This document shows, piece by piece, positions 38,401 to 48,466 of a stretch of DNA of 63,877 nucleotides. Source of the stretch: Malacoraja senta (lineage: Eukaryota); assembly GCA_038087875.1 (NCBI GenBank), contig CM075994.1:2854124-2918000 (forward strand), in the 5' to 3' direction. How positions within the stretch are numbered: position 1 is the first letter of the stretch; every line of letters begins with the position of its first letter. A model generated the notes under the pieces. That model saw only the letters and a program-made list of their open reading frames with translations, was not told where the DNA came from and made no database searches. Position numbers and translations under genes: made by a program.

Positions 38401-41400
38401 TGTAGCTCTGTGGTTTTATTTGTGATTCCAGGTACAGCTACAGAGAGCTCTTAAAATACAGGAGGAACTTACATTTTTTTGCTGTTCCGTGGAAATATTG
38501 CAAAATATGTTAAATGTTTATACACAGAAACAAAAGTTACAAATACCCAATGTTGTATGATTTTAAATGGTTGAGAGATCTGTTTTCTCCATTCTCACAT
38601 TTTTTAGGCTCTGCCCTATTATTACCATTTTAAAAAAATTGCAAAATATGAGATTAAGATGAAGTATTCTGTTCCTATGAAAATGGTATTAGAATTTGGA
38701 AGCTGATTACTTTCTCATATTTTGCATTCAATTTCTAGTTTGTGTTGTGCATGGATTAGATGCAAATATGATTACTTTTGTGATGTATTTTTTAAATGCA
38801 TTGCTCTATATTGCAGGAAGAAGAATGGACAGTTGCATGTTTGTGATGAATCAACCTTCACTGAAACTGATTCTGGTAAATACCACGGTCTGGCTGCCTT
38901 CTCAGTCTTTGGGGCACCCACGTTATTATGAGTTATTGCAGTACAGATTATTCCATTAGGAAGATTGCCTAAAATAAGATTTGCTTGTCTGTTCAAGTAT
39001 TGGTTCTACAGTAATTGAATCCTTCAAATCATCCTCTAAGCCTCTTACTTTGTTATTTTCCTTGTGAAAGAGCTAGTAAGCCTGTCCATCTGCTGAAATG
39101 TGTTGCTTACTGTGAAATAGAAAGATAGACTGGTTGTTAATTAAGAAATCATGTATAAATCAATACAATGGCAGTGATAATTAAAAAAAAAAAACTAACT
39201 TGCTTTCGAATAAACAATTTGTAGTAAATGATAATACTCCCCAGCCTTTGGAGATGTCGAAGGAAGAGGCTTCTTAGACCATCATTGAGTCAAAACAAGA
39301 TAGATTCACAGGCTTAAACCAACTATACTTTAACCAGAGATCCCTACTTGCACTGAATGGAATTGAAAATTTTGTCCTCGAACACAGATTTATTCAGCCA
39401 TCATTGCATTCCCAGTAAACATGAATCTTTTTCCAACTGTATTTTGGGAACATATGATGATAACTTATTTGGGGGGGGGGGGTGGCTTGATAGCCTAATT
39501 ACACATACTTGATTTATTTGGTTCATATGCATGTAAAATGCAATGTTCAGAGCTTCTTGGTAATATTTATGAAAACTATTTATGTTTTTAGTGGTTAAAA
39601 GTGTAAGATGGGAAGGTCAATGCATTGCAATGACAAGTTTGGAACCTTGGTGCCCTGTCTAAGGTCATGTCATATGGATACTAAATATAAAACCATGTAG
39701 CCAGATTTCTTTTCAGTTTTGTATTCCAGATGAGGGAAGGGACTTCAAGTGCAATGGTATCCATTTTGTTTATTGGCATTAGGGACTGCCAGGTCACAAT
39801 GTTTAGATCGAAGTATATCTGCTTCATTTTCCAAAAACTTAGTGACTAATGCTGAAATGTGCTTAATTCTGAAGTGAAAGATACAATAGGCATTACATGT
39901 TAAAACAATCTGATTGAGTTTTTCACTATTCTACAAGCTACAGAACTATTTCACCAACAACTTCTGGGGACCACCCATATTGAAGCAGCGGCCAAGAAAG
40001 CACACCAATGCCTCTACTTCCTCAGAAGGCTTAGGCAGTTTGGCATGAACCCAACAACTCTCACCAACTTCTACAGATGTGCCTTAGAAAGCATTTTATC
40101 GGGATGCATCACAGCATGGCTTGGGAACAGCTCCATCCAAGATGGCAAGAAATTGCAGATAATTTTGGACGCAGCACAAGCCATCACACAAACCAACCTC
40201 CCATCCATTATCCCCATGTATACCTCATGCTGCCTCGGCAAGGCCAGCAGCATAATCAAGGATGAGTCACAACCTGACCACTCCCTCTTCTCCCCTCTAT
40301 CTTCGAGCAACAGGTGAAAAGCACACATCCAGATTCAGGGACAGTTTCTTTCTAGCTGTTATCAGGTGACTGAATTATCCTACCACAATTATAGAGCAGT
40401 CCTGAATTACTATCTACCTCATTGGAGACCCTCAGACTATCTTTGATCTGACTTTACTGGCTTTATCTTGCACTAAACGTTCCTCACGTTATCCCCTTTA
40501 TCATGTATCTGTACACTGTGAATAGCTCCAATGTAATCATATATTGTCTTTCCGCTGACTGGTTAGCATGCATCAAAATTCTTCACTGTACCTCGGTCCA
40601 TGTGACAATAAATAAACTATTTGGTTTCCTATCAAATATGATATGAGGCAAGAAAAACCTGCAAATGTGTAAAGCACCAAGTTGTAGATCAATTCTACTG
40701 CATGGCAGTGTTGTCTGACGCCACCATTGCCCTTAAGTGACTTGCAACAGGTTTTTCACTCTTTCATTGAAATATTTTTACAAATCTAGTTTGAATTTAT
40801 TCAACTTCATTTCCAAACCGGAGGACTGGGAAAGCAAATCGTAGGACTGGGAGAAATTTAGAACTCAATAGAGGAGGACAAAGGGGTTAATTAAGAGGGG
40901 GGGGGAAGAGCATGAAAGAAAGCTTGCGGGAAATATAAAAACACTCTAAAAGCTTCTTTAGATATGTAAAAAGGAAAAGATTAGTGAAGACAAATGGCAA
41001 TCAGAGACAGGTGAATTTATAATGGGAGACAAGGAAATGGCAGAACAGTTAAATGAGTACTTTGTTTGTGTCTTCCTTAGTGAAGACAGAACCAATCTCC
41101 CAGAAATACTAGGGGACCGAGGATCTAGTGGGAGGGAGGAACTGAAGGAAATCTACATTAGTCAGGAAATGGTGTTCGGTAAACTGTTGGGACTGAAGGC
41201 AGATAAATCCCCAGGGCCTGATGGTCTGCATCCCAGAGTACTCAAGGAGTTGGCCCTAGAAATCGTGGATGCGTTGATGATCATTTTCCAATGTTCTCTT
41301 GACTCTGGATCAGTTCCTGTGGACTGGAGAGTAGCCAATGTAACCCCACTTTTTAAGAAAGGAGGAAGAGAGAAAATGGGGAATTATTGACCAGTTAGCC

Positions 41401-44400
41401 TTACTTCGGTAGTGGGGAAGATGCTTGAGTCGATTGTTAAAGATGCTATAGCAGTGCATTTGAAAAGTAGTGACAGGGTCGGTCAAAGTCAGCATGGATT
41501 TATGAAGGGGAAATCATGTTTGACTAATCTTCTGGAATTTTTTGAGGAAGTAACAAGTAGAATATGTCCATTCACCGGGAGAGCCAGTGGATGTGGTGCA
41601 TCTGGACTTTCAAAAAGCCGTTGACAAGGTCCCACACAAGAGATTAGTGTGCAACATTAGAGCACATGGTAGTGGAGGTCAGGGATTGACATGGATTGAG
41701 AACTGGTTGGCAGACAGGAAACAAAGAGTAGGAATTAATTGGTCCTTTTCAGAATGGCAGGCAGTGACTAGTGGGGTGCCGCAAGGCTCGGTGCTGGGGC
41801 CCGTTATTTACAATACATATTAATGATTTAGATGAGGGAATTAAATGTGACATCTCTAAGTTTGCAGATGACACAAAGCTGGGTGACAGTGTGAGCTGCG
41901 ATGAGGATGCTATGAGGTTGCAGGGTGACTTGGATAGGTTGGGTGAGTGGGCAGATGCATGGCAGATGCAGTATAATGTGGATAAATGTGAGATCCACTT
42001 TGGTGGCAAGAACAAGAAGGCAAATTATTATCTGAATGGTGTCAGTTTAGGAAAAGGGGACGTGCAACAAGACCTGCATGTGCTTATACATCAGTCACTG
42101 AAAGTAAGCATACAGGTACAGCAGGCAGTGAAGAAAGCTAATGGCATGTTGGCCTTCATTGCGAGAGGATTTGAGTTTAGGAACAAGGAGGTCCTACTGC
42201 AGTTGTACAAGGCCCTGGTGAGACCGCACCTGGAGTATTGTGTGCAATTTTGGTCTCCTAATTTGAGGAAGGACATTGCTATTGAGGGAGTGCAGTGTAG
42301 GTTCACCAGGTTAATTCCCGGATTGGCGGGACTGACATGAAAGAATGGGTCGACTGGGCTTGTATTCACTGGAATTTAGAACGATGAGAGGGGATCATAT
42401 CGAAACATATAAAATTCTTAAAGGATTGGACAGGCTAGATGCCGGAAATATGTTCCCGATGTTGGGGGAGTCCAGAACCAGGGGTCACAGTAGGCCATTT
42501 AGGACTGAGATGAGGAAAAACTTCTTCACCCAGAGAGTTGTATGAGCGGCGGAGGAGAATTCAATGGATGTTTTCAAGAGAGGGTTAGATTTAGCTCTTG
42601 GGGCTAATGGAATCAAGGGATATGGGGGAGAAAGCAGGAACGGGGTACTGATTTTAGACGATCAGCCATGATCATATTGAATGGCGGCGCTGGCTTGAAG
42701 GGCCGAATGGCCTACTTCTGCACCTATTTTTCTATGTTTCTATTCTAAGTATTAAGTAAGCAAGCTCTATCTTAACATGTATAATTGAGTCACCAAGTTG
42801 TAGACTGATAGCACTATAATGATGATCCTTCATGAAAGTTCTACAGCTGGTTAAAATTGTAAAGAATTTCTTAACCTTCTCACTTCAGAGGGAGTAGGCA
42901 AAATTTAGGAGGAAGATTGTTAGTCTATCTACTGCTTATTCATGCACTTGGAGAAATGAGTTCTTCCCTATTGCTTAAAGTCAATTATACTTGTACAAGA
43001 AATGCTGGAGACCTTTTGTAAATATAACTATCTTTTGATTGGCAACTTTAAAAGATGCAGGCAGTGAATTGGGACAGAAGATCAGCAAATTTGATGTCCT
43101 TCGCAATAAAGCAGAATCTGACACAGAAAATGAAGAATTCGTCAGTCTACCTGGAAGGCGACCAAATTCCACCCAAACTTTCTTTGCCAAAAATCTGGTA
43201 AATATTCTTAACACTGTCTTATTGTTGCTATTCGGGACAAGGATATTAAACCTTCATTTTGTTGGTATGCAAGATCAAATTCTTATTGTAATTTAAAAAT
43301 GTGGAATTAATCTTTATTTTTTAGATAGAACTAAACACAATTGATTTTTGGTTAATCACATTATGAGATGAGAGAGACCTTATGGAGTGCATTGACTAAT
43401 CACAATTAATCTTGTGTGCATTCAGCACTAATATGCATGGTAAAGGGATCTTGTACTGATGAAACCAGGTGATTATTCCCTGGTTTGTCGAGAACATATG
43501 AATAAGACAGTATGATAATCTAGAAATATTTCCCCCTCCACTGCAGTGGAACGAAAATCTTTTGGGAGGTGAAGGGTACAGTTGTCCCTCAAATGCTCCA
43601 AAGTCATGTAAGTGATTAATTTTTTTTTAACATGTATTAGCTTCTAATTTACCACATAATTTTTGTACAAAGATAATAATATCCAAAAGATGTATTCTAA
43701 TTAAGTATTATTAGAAATCAAAGACCAAAAATTAAACCAGTTTCATATGTTTGTTTTTAATTTTGCTTACAGAAGGATGGTGTTTTTGTTTGCACTCTGG
43801 AACTGGTTATTGATTGTGTAGTGTATTTATTGACCCATGGAAATAGTATAGAAACTATAACGGTGGTTTGTATAAAAAGCTCCGATAAAAAGCTTTCGCA
43901 CTTCAACCATACTCCAAAACATAGCAGGTACTCTATTCAGAAATTGAACTGAGACAAATGCCTGACAAATTGGGCATAAAATCCTGTAACACCATGGATT
44001 TCTTGGAAATTTCGCTGATTCCTCAAAGACGGCTTAACTGGGCATTCATCCTGGTCGTTTATAAAACTAAGCTGTATTCTTTAAATTAACTATGCTTTAA
44101 GATATTTTAATGTGATGGAAGTTTACTTTTGAACCAAATTTGCTCACGGTTATTAACTTTTTCAAATATGTGTGGCAGTTATTAGACCGGTAATGGATCA
44201 TCCTCATACAAGAAACTTAAAGAAAACTGATCCTGTGGCAAAGTGAGTGCTGGATTCATAATTATTTCAATTTCATATACAAATTGTAAATTTGCCTTTC
44301 TTCAACCATGCTACCTTTGAACTGATCTGATCCTCCCATGCAATTCACTCTGCAACTTGTTCATTTACATTTTCATGAATCAATTTAGGTATATTCAGTG

Positions 44401-47400
44401 CTCAATTGAGGGCTACACAGTGGCGCAGCGGTAGAGTTGCTGCCTTACAGCGCCAGAGACTAGGGTTCAATCCTGACCTCGGGTGCTGTCTGTACAAAGT
44501 TTGTACGTTCTCCCTGTGACCGCATGAGTTTTTTCCGGGTGCTCCAGTTTCTTCCTGTGTTTCAAAGACGTGCAGCAACGTAGGTGACTTGGCTTCTGTA
44601 AATTGTCCCTGGTGTGTAGGATAGAACTAGTGTAGGCAGATTGCTGGTCGCCATGGACTCGGTGGACGGAAGAGCCTGTTCCATGATGTATCTCTAAAAC
44701 TACAATCCAAATGCAACAATCAGGAACTTTCTGATTCTGTATTGCCTTGCATCAATGGAAGTCACATGCTCGACTGAATCTCTTCAACCTGTTTTTCCTA
44801 CCATACACCCAAATAGGGATAACAGTGTAGTATGTTTGCCTACTTACTCGCTTTTAGGACATGAGAAAATTGGAGCTCCCAGGGAAATGCACCATCACAA
44901 GGAAAATGTGTATACTCCAGAATGGCAGCCAAGATCAGCATTGAGCAGCAGCACAGCCTCCCACAACACCATCACCCTTTCTTTCAAACAACTTTGGCCC
45001 TGACCCGAAATCCTGCACAGTTGAAAGCACAACTTGAGTTGCATTTATTGATTCAGATTGATAATTGGTGCTGTAGGAAAAATCTGCAGATGCTGGTTTA
45101 AATCGAAAGTAGACACAAAATGCTGGAGTAACTCAGAGGGACAGGCAGCATCTTTAGAGAGAAGGAATGGGTGACGTTTTGGGTCGAGTCCCATCTTCAA
45201 ACTATGTCAGGGGAGTGGACGGTAGAGATAAAATGTAGTTGGAGACAGCAAGACTGGTGGGAGAACTGGGAAGTGAGAGGAGATGGAAAGCAAGGGCTAC
45301 TTGAAGTTAGAGAAGTCAATGTTCAAACCGCTGGGGTGTCAGCTAACCAAGGAAATATGAGGTGCTGTTCCTCCAATTTGCACTGGGCCTCACTGACAAT
45401 GGAGGAGGCCCAGGAAGCAAGGTCAGATTGGGAATTAAAATGCTGAGCAACCGGGAGATCAGGAACGTTTAGGTGGACTGAGCAGAGGTGTTCAACCACC
45501 GAGCCTGCGTTTGGTCTCGCCGATATACAGGAGTTGACACCTGGAACAGTGGATACAGCAGATGAGGTGCAAGTGAACATCTGCCTCGCCTGAAAAGACT
45601 GTCGGGGTCCTTGGACGGAATCGAGGGGGGAGGTAAAGGGACAGGTATTGCATCTCCTGCAGTTGCTGGGGAAAGTACCCGGGGAGGGGGTGTTTTCGGT
45701 GGGAAGGGAAGTTGACCGGGGAGTTGCAGAGGGAACGGTATCTGCAGAGAGGGGTGGAGATGGGAAGATGTGGCCAGTAGTGGGGATTCTGTTGGCTGTG
45801 GCAAAAATGTTGGAGTATTATATGCTATGCGATGGCTGATGGGGTGGAAGGTGAGGACAAGGGGGACTCTGTCCTTGTTACGAATGGGGGGAGGGGAAGC
45901 AACAGCGGAGCTGCTGGATATCGAGGAGACCCTGGTGAGAGCCTCATCTATAATGGAAGAGGTGGAACCCCCGTTCCCTAAAGAATTAGGACATCTCTGA
46001 TGACCTGGTATGGAAAACCTCATCTTGGGCGCAGTTGCGCGTAGATGGAGGAATTGGGAGTAGGGGATAGTCTTAATAGGAAGCAGGGTGGGGGAAAGAG
46101 TAGTCGAGATAGCTATGGGAGTCGGTAGGTTTGTAGTAGATGTCGGTCAATAGTCTGTCTCCTGTGATGGAGACGGTGAGATCCTGAAATGGTAGGGAGA
46201 TGTCGTAATGGTCCAAATGAATTTGATTGCAGGATGTAAATTAGTCGTGAAGTTGATGAAGTCAGTGGGTGCAGGAGGTAGCACCGAAGCAGTCGTCAAT
46301 GTAATGGAGGTAGAGTTCAGGGATAGTGCCAGTGTACACCTGGAACAGTGATTGTTTGATGTACCCTACAAAGAGGTAGGCATAGTTGGGGCCCATGCGA
46401 GTGCCCATAGCTACGCCTTGGATTTGGAGGAAGTGGGAGTAGTCGAAGGAAATGTTGTTAAGGGTGATGGCCACTCTGCTAGGCGGAGGAGTGTTAGAAT
46501 CAGCTGGTACTGGTCGAGGAAGAAACTGAGGGCCTTAAGACCTTTCTGTAGAGTGACTGGACATCCATATTAAAGATGAGGGAGTGGGGGCCTGGAAAAC
46601 GGAAGTCATTGAAGAGACGAAGGGTGTGTGCGGTGTCTTGGACATAGGTAGGGAGGGATTGGACGCAGTCGAGGTATTTGGAAATTAATTCTTTGGGACA
46701 TGAACAAGCAGAAGCAATGGGTCTGCCAGGGCAGTTCTGTTTGTGGATTTTGGGGAGAATATAAAATCGGGCCGTGCGGGGCTGGGGAACGATAAGGTTG
46801 GAGGGCAGACAGCCAGAAGTAATTAAATCAGAAATGGTGTGATATTAAGGTCTGGTCCTCGTTTGTGAGATTACAGTCCAAGGATAAGGTGTCTGAGAGT
46901 TGTCACCTGTCCTCATCCCGGTAGAGGTCAGTGTGCCAGACTACCACGGCACCTCTCTTGTCAGTGGGTTTGATTATCTATTGGTGCAAGCAGCATCTGG
47001 CATTTTCTTGGGCAAGGAGGAGACAGATCTTTGTCACTAGCAGTTTGATGAGTGAGAAGGAAAATAGATCTGTTTTCTTTCCATTTGTTAACTGCAGCCA
47101 TTCTTTTTTCCACCCCATAGTATTTATACTTTAAATTTAAAGTTAGTTTTTGTACCTCATCTTGAATCAATGTATGCAACAAAAGAACTAGCATTTACTG
47201 GAGATATTTAAATTCTTTCATCCTGTTCATTTTTACCAATACAGATTCAAGCTTTAAATTCTTTTTTTTCTGCATCTCGTGCTGCAGTTAAGTTAAGGCC
47301 TGTCACACTGTCACCTAGCGGCTCGTACGAGTAAAGGCATGTCACCTAGCGGCTCGTACGAGTAACGGTAGGTACTCGGGTAATCCGGTAAACTCGTGGT

Positions 47401-48243
47401 GGACACTGAAAAATGTCCACGAGTAAAAAAAATACTCGTGATGAAATTTTTAAAAACTTTTTACTCGCACGAGCCGCTTACGAGACATCCACGATCTCGA
47501 ATCAGGGGAGAACTCTTGAATTACTTCGTACAGGCCCTTAAATAAATTTAGCGGCGCAAATGTTAATGTTCATAGTATTCCGGGCATAGATTTTATTTGT
47601 ATTTTCAGATATTTTGAATACAAACGAAACTGGGAAACTTTCAAAACACCTGGAGAAAAAGATAGGAAAGAATTACGATGGGGGATAAGGGTATGTATGC
47701 AACTATTTCATAAGGAAAGCTACAATTTCTAAAAAATTTAAATTCTTGGACTAACCTCTCAATCATCACTGTTTTATCAGGAACAAATGCTTTATAAAAG
47801 TCTACCTCTGGTAAGTAATCTTTGTTTTCCTGCAATCTTTTCTGCAGCACAAGCACTGCAGAACAGTGTTTGTCGCCTTAATTAGATTTACAAAATTTAA
47901 GAACTTTCCAAAAAAGTAATGGATTTCTAATCCATATTGTTTTAATATCTACAGTATTTCTAAATGCAAACTTTGCCAAGAGCAATGAGTTAATTAATTG
48001 AAATCACTTACTGAAATATGATTTCCATTTAGAATTGACAATCTGGGTATTAAATATGTTTCTAGATAAGTACTTTATCAACAATAACTTCTCTTGAATT
48101 TTTCCGTTCAGAAACCTCAACATATTTATGTTCCAAATAATTATGTTGTACCAACGGAGAAGAAAAGATCTGCTTTACGATGGCAAATAAGACACGAGTT
48201 AGCACATGGAACTGTTCCACAGAAGTTTTTCTGCTCATTGTAG
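32365..48243 (+). CDS. HYLS1: HYLS1 centriolar/ciliogenesis protein (spliced gene, 11 coding exons)
   Basis: N-terminus [15 protein letters not shown]...[32 protein letters not shown]-terminal HYLS1 box PKSFIRP...[16 protein letters not shown]...[18 protein letters not shown]...[26 protein letters not shown]. Phases consistent except at the exon 2/3 junction. Confidence 0.95.
32988..33141 (+). CDS. HYLS1: HYLS1 coding exon 2 (3' boundary uncertain)
   Basis: ttttccag|[19 protein letters not shown]...; donor gtaagc at 33142 or an alternative. Confidence 0.8.
33964..34047 (+). CDS. HYLS1: HYLS1 coding exon 3 (5' boundary 33956 or 33964)
   Basis: [31 protein letters not shown]|gtgagt, phase 0 matches the next exon. 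Confidence 0.65.
34505..36470 (+). mobile_element. CR1-like LINE, decayed
   Basis: [24 protein letters not shown] motifs with stops, 3' UTR. Confidence 0.9.
36495..36686 (-). mobile_element. V-SINE-like element
   Basis: Reverse complement of SINE head and (tttag)n tail. Confidence 0.75.
36946..37371 (+). mobile_element. Short non-coding retroelement, probably RTE-derived
   Basis: 10-bp TSD ACCCCTTGGC (36936-36945, 37372-37381); contains ctaggagagggaaaact, reminiscent of RTE 5' UTRs; tacta tail; inserted in a CR1 fragment. Confidence 0.55.
37618..37853 (+). CDS. HYLS1: HYLS1 coding exon 4
   Basis: tttatag|ATT...[10 protein letters not shown]...[12 protein letters not shown]|gtatgt. Confidence 0.9.
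38269..38381. mobile_element. Miniature Penelope-terminus-derived insertion
   Basis: 15-bp TSD CAACACAATTCTAGA (38254-38268, 38382-38396); partly inverted arms. Confidence 0.7.
38817..38875 (+). CDS. HYLS1: HYLS1 coding exon 5
   Basis: ttgcag|[21 protein letters not shown]|gtaaat. Confidence 0.9.
39960..40620 (+). mobile_element. Rex1/Babar LINE 3' fragment
   Basis: [31 protein letters not shown] plus tail. Confidence 0.85.
40820..42745 (+). mobile_element. CR1-like LINE, 5'-truncated
   Basis: [53 protein letters not shown]; full 3' UTR. Confidence 0.95.
43055..43197 (+). CDS. HYLS1: HYLS1 coding exon 6
   Basis: [28 protein letters not shown]...AKNL|gtaaat; phase-compatible on both sides (alternative acceptor 43061 possible). 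Confidence 0.8.
43547..43607 (+). CDS. HYLS1: HYLS1 coding exon 7
   Basis: ctgcag|[21 protein letters not shown]|gtaagt. Confidence 0.85.
44179..44242 (+). CDS. HYLS1: HYLS1 coding exon 8
   Basis: ggcag|[23 protein letters not shown]|gtgagt. Confidence 0.93.
44409..44700 (+). mobile_element. V-SINE-like element
   Basis: Full-length similarity to 141-456. Confidence 0.85.
45070..46965 (-). mobile_element. Penelope-like element, decayed (RT + GIY-YIG + terminal repeat)
   Basis: [55 protein letters not shown]. Confidence 0.9.
47296..47538. mobile_element. Harbinger-like MITE
   Basis: Ends (a)GGCCTGT ... ACAGGCC(c) flanked by TTA/TAA; internal direct repeat tgtcacctagcggctcgtacgagtaa x2 and partial palindromy. 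Confidence 0.55.
47609..47690 (+). CDS. HYLS1: HYLS1 coding exon 9
   Basis: ttttcag|[28 protein letters not shown]|gtatgt. Confidence 0.95.
47781..47810 (+). CDS. HYLS1: HYLS1 coding exon 10 (30 nt)
   Basis: ttatcag|[10 protein letters not shown]|gtaagt. Confidence 0.9.
48112..48243 (+). CDS. HYLS1: HYLS1 last coding exon
   Basis: ttcag|[49 protein letters not shown] 48285-48290. Confidence 0.95.
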   Translation, partial: KPQHIYVPNNYVVPTEKKRSALRWQIRHELAHGTVPQKFFCSL

Positions 48244-48320
48244 CTGTACAAACTATATGCCTATGATTTTTATTGAAATAAGAAAATAAAGGGTCTTTTT
48301 CATAACACTTTTATTTATTC

Positions 48321-48466
48321 TTAAGGAAAGTCTCTATAAGGTAGTTTGAATGGATAAAGGGGGGAGAATCTGGTATCATGCCACAAGAGTTTTTTCTCTA
48401 GAAGATTGACTGCATCCAACGTAAGAACCAGGGTCTCATGTTTCAGCATGCTATGCACATTCAGCC
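48321..48466 (-). CDS. MRPL4: MRPL4 last coding exon
   Basis: [48 protein letters not shown]. Confidence 0.95.

Noticed and set aside
47309..47365. Direct repeats resembling a CRISPR-like array
   Set aside because: Only two units inside a MITE in a vertebrate intron; no spacers or cas genes.
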